DNA of 64,000 nt from Octopus sinensis (Eukaryota), in NCBI RefSeq assembly GCF_006345805.1, contig NC_043004.1, positions 19,778,001-19,842,000 of the forward strand, in the 5' to 3' direction. Positions 53,321 through 64,000 of this stretch are shown piece after piece. Every line of letters starts with the position of its first letter. Within the stretch, counting starts at the first letter, position 1. Position numbers and translations under genes: made by a program. The notes under the pieces are model-generated. The model saw only the letters and a program-made list of their open reading frames with translations. It was not told the DNA's origin and did no database searches.

Positions 53321-53632
53321 TTATTTCTTTATTGCCCACAGGGGTCTAAACGTAGAGGGGACAAACAAAGGGATAAATCAATTACATCGACTCCAGTGCG
53401 TAATGAATGGCAAAGTCGACGGCGGTGGAATTTGATTTAAGACGAACTACCTATTTCTTTACTACCCACAAGGGGCTAAACACAGAGAGGACAAACAAGA
53501 ACAGACCTACGGGTTAAGTCGATTATATCGACCCCAGTGCGTAACTGTACTTAATTTATCAACGCCGAAAGGATGAAAGGCAAAGTCGACCTCGGCAGAA
53601 TTTGAACTCAGAACGTAACGGCAGACGAAATA
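53321..53632 (-). mobile_element. family-1 SINE dimer
   Basis: Two body+tail units joined at GTAGTAAAGAAATAG|GTAGTTCGTCT. Confidence 0.88.
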
Positions 53633-53844
53633 TATATATATATATATAATATATATATAGATATGTATATAGTACAAAGTAAGATTGGGGTTATGGATGT
53701 AACCCACTATGGGATATCATTTATCCAATTTACTGTTGGTATATTACCCAAATTCTTAATAGATAAATGTTTTTAATTGCAATGCAATTAAGTCCTTTAT
53801 TATATTAAACGGGTGAAGGCAAAGAAATATTTTTACCGTAAATT

Positions 53845-54208
53845 TATAATACAAATAAGAAAATGGAGAAACAAATTTGGTTTGTTCGTCAACTTACGAA
53901 TATTAAAATGTTGGATTATTTATTCATTTTACAAATGAGAACATCAAAAGCATACAAAAATATTATATAAATCAATAGATAAGGTAAAAATACAAATACA
54001 TATTTTTAAAATTCTTAGGAATTCATTAATTTGTACTATGACTTTTAAAATCTCTGTTTGTATTATTATCTTGTCTATTGATTTATATAATATTTTTGTA
54101 TGCTTTTGATGTTCTCATTTGTAACATGAATAAATAATCCAACATTATAATATCCGTAAGTTGATGAACAAACCAAATTTGTTTCTTCATTTTCTTATTT
54201 GTATTATA
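53845..54208. repeat. imperfect foldback, ~165-bp arms with ~30-bp spacer
   Basis: e.g. AATGAGAACATCAAAAGCATACAAAAATATTATATAAATCAATAGA pairs with TCTATTGATTTATATAATATTTTTGTATGCTTTTGATGTTCTCATT. Confidence 0.93.
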
Positions 54209-54260
54209 TATATGTGTATATATATATAATATATATATATATATAATATATATATATATA

Positions 54261-54595
54261 TTATGTGAAATAGAAAGATGGATAATCTTGTAGTAGATTA
54301 ATCAAAAGATTAACCGATACCTTAGTAGCAAAAATCACAGCAGTGAACAGCACGGTTGGAGGTACAACCATCTGGCGTTGCAACCGTGCGTTGGTGCGGA
54401 TAATTGAAATTAAAACATTATTGGTGAATTGAAGAAATGGAGCTGAACGCAGATTGAACAGAAATCGTTTTATTTCATTCTACACGTGTTCGAAACACGT
54501 GTAGAATGAATGCCTTTCGAAACACGTGTAGAATGAAATAAAACGATTTCTGTTCAATCTGCGTTCAGCTCCATTTCTTCAATTCACCAATAATG

Positions 54596-54597
<2 letters not shown>
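54261..54597 (-). mobile_element. palindromic pLTR-like element, copy A (centre collapsed)
   Basis: 150-bp unique end followed by ~80-bp inverted arms (54414-54597); inverted homologue of 56587-57422; (TA)n on both sides. Confidence 0.85.
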
Positions 54598-54638
<41 letters not shown>

Positions 54639-54639
54639 G

Positions 54640-54790
54640 ACTGACAACTTTCAGTTTCCGTAAAGCAAATCCACTCGCCTGAGTTTGGTCAACCAGAGGC
54701 TATAGAAGACACTTGCACAAGGTACCACTGAGTGGGAGTGAACCTGGAGACATCCAGTTGGGTGTAAACTTTTACCACACAGACACATCT
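54640..54790 (-). mobile_element. family-2 SINE head fragment
   Basis: TTTCAGTTTCCG..AAATCCACTC..GAGGCTATAGAAGACACTTGCACAAGG. Confidence 0.7.
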
Positions 54791-55704
54791 GAGAAGAATT
54801 ATATTTTTTTTAATAAATTATACGGTTGTGAGATTTTAATTTAAGCGTTTACTAATTTAATTATCTTTCTGCCCAACAGAACTCCGTGAAATAAGTAGCA
54901 ATATAAAATGTCATAATTCAGTAAATACAGTAACCTGCTTTTGTAATAATGGCCACATGATATATTAATAGTCTTTATAATTAACAATTATGCTCAACCA
55001 GGGAGAAATATTACTTGCCGTATAGAGAAATATTTTAGATACTTCAAAATTTCAATGCTAAATCAATAGTTTATTACCATGTCTATAATAAAAATGCAAA
55101 GGCTGAAGATTTTAATAGGATTAAAGTACACTTCACGTACAAACATACACACACACACACAAAGAGACACATACACACACACACACACAATCACCCCCCT
55201 CCAAACACCCCCACACAACAACACAGACGCACACACACACATATAAACATACATATATTATATATATATAGAGTGAGAGATATTTACGGTCTCTAGCACG
55301 TAGTATATACGTTTGCCTACACGCTCATTTGCTGCAAAATAGCGTCCAAGGAAAGCCCCATACATGACGCCAAGTGTTAAAGAACAACGAATGTCCCTAA
55401 CCATGTCAGACCGCTTGCCCCCAAATGACCGAGAATGGTAGATGTCGGTACCTCTCCATTATTATGTTTTCTCAATGCGATTGATACATATCATATCCGA
55501 ACGAAGTGAATCGCTGGTCTTGGATTTATATGCAAATAGAGTGAAGTCCATTTGCTGATGTGCTGCGGTGTAGCAGTTGTGAAGGAAAATTAAATTACGA
55601 ATTAAAAGCAGCTCAAGTCAAGTAAATATCATCGGTGGCACATACATAGCGTATGCATTTTGTTTATACGCTTATTTGCCGGATTTATTTTCAGGTTTAT
55701 TTTA

Positions 55705-55912
55705 GGTTGTAAGGCTAGCTGGTCGAATTATTAACACGCCGGAAAATATGCTTGGCAACATTTCGTCCATCTCTACGTTCTGAGTTGAAATTACGCCGAA
55801 GTCGACTTTGCTTTTCCTACTTTCGAGGTAGATAAAATAAGTACCAATTAGACACTGGGGTCGACGTAATCGATTCACACTCTCCCCTAATATTCCAGGC
55901 CTTGTCACCATA
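55705..55912 (+). mobile_element. family-1 SINE (diverged)
   Basis: ACACGCCGGAAAATATGCTT..ACGTTCTGAGTTGAAATTACGCCGAAGTCGACTTTG..CACTGGGGTCGAC. Confidence 0.8.
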
Positions 55913-55917
55913 GTATG

Positions 55918-55974
<57 letters not shown>

Positions 55975-56029
55975 AAGGTGTAACGTTTATACTAGTCTTG
56001 ATAGAATTGTCATATCGGTTCTATTTTAG

Positions 56030-56078
56030 CAAAACTGTCCGACGATCGGGAACGTGAAACTCCGAGTAACAGGTTTTG
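56030..56078 (+). ncRNA. hammerhead ribozyme motif with U4C core substitution
   Basis: CAAAACTGT-CCGACGA-T-CG(GGAA)CG-T-GAAA-CTCCGAG-TA-ACAGGTTTTG: 9-bp stem I with one bulge, near-palindromic stem III, GUA triplet. Confidence 0.65.
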
Positions 56079-56174
56079 TTGAATTTCTGCTGCTTTTAAA
56101 TAAAGCATATTACTCTACCCCTGGTATTTGAGTACTCTTTTTTCCACCTTGTTTCACATTTATGTGTTTACTCC

Positions 56175-56238
<64 letters not shown>

Positions 56239-56517
56239 CCTCTCTTCATCAACTCGCGTATATATATATATATAGATACTCGAGTTGATGAAGGAACGAA
56301 AGAAAGTAGTACTCAATACACTTGGTTGTAGCTACATACATATTTTAGTAACTATGTGACTCAGCTCCAAATGACTTAGGTCGCAAGAGGGCGTAAGACA
56401 TGTCTATCTCGTCAGATACTACGAGCTCAGGAAAATCATGTGGAGCTGAGCTGCGTAAGCTGTTATTAAATATCCATGCATATGTAAAGACACATATATG
56501 TATCTTGTACAATTCTG

Positions 56518-56594
<77 letters not shown>

Positions 56595-56647
56595 ATTGGT
56601 GAATTGAGGAAATGGAGCTGAACGCAGATTGAACAGAAATCGTTTTA

Positions 56648-56737
56648 TTTCATTCTACACGTGTTTCGAAAGGCACAAATTACCAAAATCCGATTGAATA
56701 ATGGGACCATATTGTGTCTTTCTCTTCAGGAAGAAAA
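56648..56737 (-). ncRNA. type-I hammerhead ribozyme (left arm, minus strand)
   Basis: Exact reverse complement of the motif at 57122-57211. Confidence 0.82.
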
Positions 56738-57121
56738 AAGGAAATCCGTTAGAGAAACAAAAACAGAACAGAGGCGGAGCAAAAACCAAATCGAACTATG
56801 CTCCTAAGAGCCCATGGCGAAACTGTTTATCAGTGTTTGCTGAGAACCGGTGGCTGAAGAATTCTACAGGTCAGGCATCGGTCAATCATGTGGGTGAGGG
56901 TGTATAGATGTTCTTAGTGACCGAGAATAAAGTTCTGACTATTTAAGGAATATTGGATGTTTTATAAGGGGCGAGAAAAAATCTACTTAGAGACGTGTGT
57001 GTGTGTATACTGTTCTATATATGTGTGTGTTGGCGTAGGGGTAGAAAACACTTTTTGTGTACGTGTGTGCGTTTGATCGTTCGGCTGTCAGTGGCTACTG
57101 CCGTGATAACCTTTTTTCCTT

Positions 57122-57211
57122 TTTTCTTCCTGAAGAGAAAGACACAATATGGTCCCATTATTCAATCGGATTTTGGTAATTTGTGCCTTTCGAAACACGT
57201 GTAGAATGAAA
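57122..57211 (+). ncRNA. type-I hammerhead ribozyme (right arm), intact core
   Basis: TTTTCTTC-CTGAAGA-GAAAGACACAA..TTGTGCCTTTC-GAAA-CACGTG-TA-GAATGAAA: G-C closed stem II (5 bp + mismatch + 5 bp), palindromic stem III ACACGTGT, GUA triplet, stem I 3+4 bp with one mismatch. Confidence 0.85.
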
Positions 57212-57420
57212 TAAAACGATTTCTGTTCAATCTGCGTTCAGCTCCATTTCCTCAATTCACCAATAATGTTTTAATTTCAATTATCCGCACCAACGCACGG
57301 TTGCAACGCCAGATGGTTGTACCTCCAACCGTGCTGTTTACTGCTGTGATTTTTGCTACTAAGGTATCGGTTAACTTTTGATTAATCTACAACAAGATTA
57401 TTCATCTTTCTATTTCACAT

Positions 57421-57478
<58 letters not shown>

Positions 57479-57493
57479 ATATATATATATATA

Positions 57494-57526
<33 letters not shown>

Positions 57527-60500
57527 CTAAATGAAGATTCCGCAATACTAAATAGGAAATATATATAGTAGATATCATACCCACATGCCCACAGTTTACA
57601 CAGTGGGCTGTTATGTAGATACATGTATGTGTGTGTGTGTGGGGGGCTTGTATGTATATATATATATGTATATGCACGTGTATGTAAGCATATGGATATG
57701 AAAGTAAACAGATCAACATACAGATAGATAGGTACATAGGTTATATGAACAGACAAGCACACATACGCGCACACACACAAACGAAGACTGAAACACATGA
57801 CCATATATGCACACACACTTTACTTTACACAAGGACACATATGGAGAGACACGCCCACACATATGAAGATAAACATCCATACATACAAACACGGTACATA
57901 GTTGCAAAATACATATACTCAGACATGCACACACAAGGAGACAGAGGTACACGCACACACACACAAGCAAACATACATATGAGCACACAACATAGACATG
58001 CAAACACATGAATATGCAGAATGCATACATACAAATGTACACACATACATATATGCATACGCGCACATACATGCTGACACACATGCATACATACGTACAT
58101 AGATGCATGTATATATACACACACACAAACTAACCCACACACATGTGCACAGACAAACAAAAAGAACGCAGTGTGAAAAACAAAGTCAAAACTATTGTAA
58201 AGGTTGCAAGACGCGACGAAGATTTTAGAAAAGTAAAAAAGAAATAAGTGGATATTTTATCTGTGAGTGTGTTAAATTATAAGGCATTAAAAGAGAATGA
58301 CTCTCCACAGACACAACTGAACACATAAATATTGTATTAAAATAAACCACAACCCCCCAAAAATTCATTATTAGCCATCCATTTCTCCATATTAGCTTTC
58401 TTCTCTCTTTCAATTTCTGCTCTCTTCAAAGCATAAATAGATAAAAATTTGTTTACAGAAATTAACGAAGAATCATATGAACCTATATGATCGGCCATAT
58501 GAATGAGTTGACAACTTCTGTACGAATTATGTTATTTTTGTTTTGTGTGTGCACGCGCAAAATGACAGCTCAAATCCAATTAAAATGACCTTTTGTTATT
58601 CTGTAATTTGTGTTTGTGATGAGCGTATTTCAAAACTCGATCTTCGATATAAATTTAAAAGGAAGTTTTCCCAGAAATCCTATTGGTTTTAACGTTTGAC
58701 GTGACATTTGCTCCCCCACCCATTTTGCCCTAAATTTCTTCCTATTCCTGTTTTCCTGTAGGAAAAAACATGTTCTCAATATTTCAACTATCTCCATCTC
58801 CACCCCAATTTCTTCATTTTTTAAATCGTTTTTCCAAATGTTTCTCTTGGTAATCCAAGGAGAAAAACCAGAGCGTACGAATCTTTAAAAGTTCTCTTCC
58901 ATTTTTTTCTCAAAGAAACAATAAAATCTCCTTAGACATCCACCCATCACTTCACCACTTTCCAAAAGCTATAAACTCTCAATGTTTGACTTGTTTTTGC
59001 AAAGCGGGGAAGTTTCTTCAGAAATAATGTTGTTGACCTGTTGTTTCTAGCATGCCGGGTTTTCTGGTGGTGGTCTGGTAAATTTAACATCAGCTATTTC
59101 AGTACAATTCTACACATGTGTGAAGCATCGGACGAAAGTGAAACATTGGAGATTGTGTGCGTCTTTAAGAAAAAATTAACTTTAAAAAATTACAAATTTT
59201 CCCAGATGCGTAAACACAGTATTTTTCTTCGGGGATGAAAAGAAAAATTGAGAAATTGCGCTGGGGAGAAACTAAAATTTTGAAAACGTGATTTCCGGGC
59301 AAAATCGTCTTAACCCACTTTTAAATGATGAAACAATAAATAGTTTGAGATCTTTCTTACGAGCAAAAAGCACTTTTGTGCAAACCCATACAAAATCTAC
59401 CCTCCCTAATTCACTTTCAAACAAACAATTTCTTTCATTACGCCAGTAATCCAGTTCACTATATCAACTTTGCCGATTCGTCCCTTAAGATAGGAACAAA
59501 TAAAACAATATGGCTGTAGGTCGTAACACCCGAGCAATGCCAGGAAGTGTTGCTAGGATATATATATATATATATATACATACATACATGCATACATACA
59601 TACATATGCGACATACCGGAACTTCATTCGTTGTACTTAGGGCTTGTCAATGACGTGTACTGTAAGATACGTCAAAATCTCTCACGTCTGTTATATAGCG
59701 AACTGTGAATAATATATTCATTGATGCTGTGGAATACCTTAGAGTGCTAAATTAAACGCTGTGTGCAAATGAAACAGAATGAAACTGCAAATGTCATTCG
59801 TGTAACATACTTAAAGTCTATAGAGTAGATGTTCGTCTCACACATAATTCAAATATGCAATTACGAATATTTTTAAGATTCTGTTCAAAATAAACAGTTA
59901 TTATATTTCTCAACGGCTGTCTCATGATTCCTATTTGAAGTTTATTATATTAGTTATATCCAATAATGTATAGTAAATTATACGCGCTGATTAAGCGACC
60001 CTTACACTAAGCAGTACTATTACTGCAAAATTAGAAATTATTTAGCTGACGGTGCTGATTTATGTTTCCCCCAGGAGAAGAGGAATCAACTTTAGCAATT
60101 AGTTTCAAATCATAGTCATCCAATTATCTGTACATTCTAGTCATGTTACCACCTGCAAAGGTTTATGGTTAGCCCTCACGTATCTAGTATCAAGTTGACA
60201 ATTTTTATAGCTACGTATAATTAGAAGTGTATCTATAAATCTACAATATGACTATGAAAATTAATTTATTGATTCTATGAAAATTAAGTTATTGATTATA
60301 AAGATTCATGTCTTGTATCAATCTTATCTATTTTTGTTATTGGTTTAAATCTGTAATAACAGAAGAATTTTATAAGAATTCAGTAAATGTATTTACAGAT
60401 GCTACATTAGTTCTTGTGAGATAACGTGTAAGAAAAAAGAAACAGAATCATCTGTATGTTTGCTGTGTGTTTCTTCATTAAGTTAACTCAGAAATCTTTG

Positions 60501-61204
60501 CAAATCTAGTCACAACAGAGTATTGTAATATTTGCTTAAAATACATCCTTCGTTCTAAGCTTCGAGCATTACTCCGCAAAATTACTTCTTGCTGTTTACA
60601 TATAGAAGACCGGCAGTTTTTTGTGACCTACAAATGTCATATTTAGTGTGTCTGTAGCTGAAACATCGTAATGGTGCAGAAACACATGTAACACATCCGA
60701 TCACGTTATAGCTAAGTTTGGTATGTCTATAAGTAGAATCTTTTTTCAAGACTGTTACAGTAGAAATAATTTTGTCGTGTGTGTTTGCAAACGTCTTATA
60801 TACAAGCGTATTAATATAAACTATATATATACAAATTTACTTTAAATATCGTTCCTGAATGGACCTAATTCCTGTATGATGTGTTGAGGTTATACCGCCT
60901 AAAACTCCATAATGAATTCATTGACAGTTAATTGGCTCAAAATGCAATTTACCTGCTATGAAATTATCAAGAGATTAAACTAAAGATGATGTATTTACCA
61001 TGATGGAATACCTCGGAATGAATTTACTACGTAGGCAATGTTTGAGTTATGTACTTTCACGCCTAATTTAGATCTCAGAAGAATAGGAGGTTGGTTAATT
61101 GACTGAATTATGGGAACCGTTCTCAATGAAACACCATATATTAGTTCGGTGCTATTCTGCCAGATGGAAACGAATCCCACAAACAATTAAATTGTTTCCT
61201 TATA

Positions 61205-61253
61205 ATCCTTAAAAATGTTTTAGCCCGAAGGCCGCGGCCATGCTGGGGCACCA
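61205..61253 (-). mobile_element. extreme 3' tail of the CR1-like LINE family seen at 31.3 kb
   Basis: AAAATGTTTTAGCC(C/G)GAAGGCCGCGGCCATGCTGGGGCACCAC occurs at both sites. Confidence 0.85.
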
Positions 61254-61292
61254 CTTATATATAACATTGTTATATAAGTATATGTATATCCA

Positions 61293-61361
<69 letters not shown>

Positions 61362-61509
61362 TTATCTATCTATCTATCACACACTTCTTTGTTTGACTGT
61401 AATAGCCTTTCATAGATGCCTCAGCAAATTGGCATATTATTCTTCACTGATGGCTGAGGCGTTTTGAAAATAGCCAATAAAATGCAATACGCTTTACATC
61501 CCGAAAAGC

Positions 61510-61870
61510 TGAGGCTATCACTTTCTTGTAGATGAAACGACATTAGCTTTCTTTGGAGCAAGTGAAGAAAGGTTTCCACTGTGATGTCTCTCTCTTTCTA
61601 GTTCAAAGTCATGAAACCAACTGTCATCATGGGTTAAACCAGCTGGATCTGCCACAAATAATGTCAGATTTTCACATGAGGAAATCAATGTAGTGGGGTT
61701 TTGATTAGATGGTACTGACCGAGCAGAAATCTGTGTCATGCCAAGTTTAATGTGCAGTATATTCTCAACTCTCTCTCAGGATATACATATAGCATTGCCT
61801 ATCTGATTTATAGTCAAACTCCTATCATCCTCCAGCATGTCTGTCTCATGTTTCCTATTTGAAATTTGGT
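61510..61870 (-). mobile_element. internal fragment of a mariner transposase
   Basis: MLEDDRSLTINQIGNAICIS*ERVENILHIKLGMTQISARSVP..ENLTLFVADPA..DDSWFHDFE..APKKANVVSS. Confidence 0.8.
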
Positions 61871-62149
61871 CCATTTTGAAGACGTGGGCCTCGAGCATTC
61901 CTCATTCTTCGCTCCATGCTCTGAAGGCAAATCTGCGTCAGAAATGGGCTTGAATTCCGTAGGAACATCTGCGTACTGCGTGTAAAGCATTCACACCTAG
62001 ACTTAGGGCTTCTATTCGAAACAGATGGTTATATCGAATACATGTGGTGGGGTCATACTTGTATTTCCTTTACCATCACATTGCAATGGTTATATTTACA
62101 TGCCGAAATCTACCAGTAAATAATTGTTGGTTTTTTAAAAACCATTAAA

Positions 62150-62370
62150 ACTCACTCAGACGCAGATCCACTCTGCATCGACAACAGATTGCATTCCCAG
62201 AATACAGAATGATACCCTTTAGTGAGCATAATGAGAGATGCACAAAGCAACTACTACCACAATTTTTAATATTTCCATTCTATCAATGTGCTATTGGAAC
62301 ACCAAGACAAATTTAGATTAAACAAGGAAACATTCTACATTGAAAAATATAAGCCTGAACTTAACCATCT
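62150..62370 (+). mobile_element. C-terminal GIY-YIG fragment of a third Penelope-like family
   Basis: LRRRSTLHRQQIAFPEYRMIPFSEHNERC..PQFLIFPFYQC, then RLNKETFYIEKYKPELN. Confidence 0.7.
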
Positions 62371-62534
62371 TAACATTCTTATACAGAGAAACTCATCTCA
62401 TTAGAAAAGGGGAAAAGAAATATAAAGCGATTATCTCCCTTATACCGGAAGAAATCCCTTATTACCTCCCCCTGCCTGAAACTATTCTTTGCACTTCATA
62501 ACGAAGACATGACACGATGTAGGTAAAGACATTT

Positions 62535-62573
62535 GAGAAATTTGAAAGGTTTACACGAAACCGGTTATTTCTC
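62535..62573 (+). ncRNA. decayed minimal hammerhead motif in PLE 3' region
   Basis: GAGAAAT-TTGAAAG-GT(TTAC)AC-GAAA-CCGG-TT-ATTTCTC: perfect 7-bp stem I and palindromic stem III, but the CUGANGA box is mutated. Confidence 0.55.
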
Positions 62574-62738
62574 CCAAAACTATATTACTATATACAAACT
62601 TTTATAACATTTTTCTAACATAACGACTTAAACATATTATTTAACCTTATAAAACAAGCCTTCTGTGGTTTTTTCACGCTTTTCTATTTTTATACATCCA
62701 ACCACGTGCTTTTAAACACCAACTTTTTCACCTATATA

Positions 62739-62771
<33 letters not shown>

Positions 62772-62947
62772 ATTATATGTATATGCGGTATGAGTTATTA
62801 AAAACACCTTGCGATCATCAGTGGTGACATAACAAACGTAAAGATATTAAAAATATATTATACAAACCAACATAGGCGCAAAAAATGTACAAGCATTTCG
62901 CGTGTATTCATGATATAAAATCCAAGCGCCCATTTCAACCATGTGCT

Positions 62948-63030
<83 letters not shown>

Positions 63031-63575
63031 GCACACACACATATGTATAGACGCACATACAGGCACATATTTATATGTGTGTGTGTTTGTGTGTGTGTGT
63101 GTGTGCAGGTGTTTTCGCTTCATGGGTGTATGCCATTGTTTAAAAGTAATAAGTGAATATATAAAGAAATGAATATTCCAAGTGATTATGCGAACGTTTC
63201 TTTCAATACATACACGCGTGTGCAATTGCATTCCTTCTCACAACAAACTATAAAATGTTCCATTGTTATTCAGACAATAGAAAACACTACAGATGTGACA
63301 ACTTCCCAGAATTAGCACTTGAAAAACATATTCTTTCTAAAATACTGTATTTTCCCATTCTATTGTTTTTGCCAAATTAAGATTTAGTCCCCATATTTTC
63401 GTCTATGATGAAAAACACGAGGGGATTGTATTTAAACATGGTTATAAGAGAGAACTTGCTCCCCACTATTAACTGCCAGAAAATATCAATATATGTACAA
63501 GTAGCTAACGATGTATTTTTCTTTTCATACATCTGATACACATTCATACACTACTCATATATAAACACACGCAAA

Positions 63576-64000
<425 letters not shown>

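Larger units (their letters stand above)
56587..57422 (+). mobile_element. palindromic ORF-less element, copy B: 158-bp perfect inverted arms each carrying a hammerhead, 370-bp core, 150-bp 3' extension
   Basis: Arms 56587-56744 and 57115-57272 are exact reverse complements by eye; flanked by (TA)n. Confidence 0.88.

Noticed and set aside
55320-55500. Tc1-like fragment (RPRKAPYMTP..KEQR)
   Set aside because: Too short, with no catalytic motif or TIR.
56795-56845. CTAAGA-GCC(CAT)GGC-GAAA-CTG(TTTAT)CAG-TG in the core of the palindrome element
   Set aside because: G5 is missing, the triplet is GUG and there is no stem I; chance or long-dead.
2704-63231. Dozens of ORFs rich in YI/CV/HT/poly-N/poly-M/poly-L
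   Set aside because: They are translations of (TA)n, (TG)n, (TAA)n and (CAT)n microsatellites, not genes.

Overview
AT-rich, microsatellite-dense eukaryotic DNA made almost entirely of transposon debris. The SINE families and simple repeats suggest an octopus (coleoid cephalopod) genome; this is inference from remembered repeat sequences, not a search. No host protein-coding gene could be supported, and most short ORFs in the track are translated microsatellites. Recognisable content: one near-full-length R4/Dong-type RLE non-LTR retrotransposon (~9.9-13.9 kb, 4 lesions) and several older relatives next to (TAA)n; three Penelope-like element (PLE) families; CR1-like, RTE-like and Tx1/L1-like LINE fragments; a full-length mariner with TIRs and TA duplication, two mariner fragments and a DD37D/maT-like element; many tRNA-derived SINEs; and two recent local duplications. 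The main finding is a set of minimal type-I hammerhead ribozyme motifs: 4 with intact catalytic cores and 2 degenerate. Two of them sit in the perfect 158-bp inverted arms of a short, ORF-less, asymmetric palindromic element present twice (54.3-54.6 kb and 56.6-57.4 kb). Also notable are a scrambled PLE fused to a 1.39-kb duplication and an adjacent repeat block whose copies differ mostly by C/T transitions.
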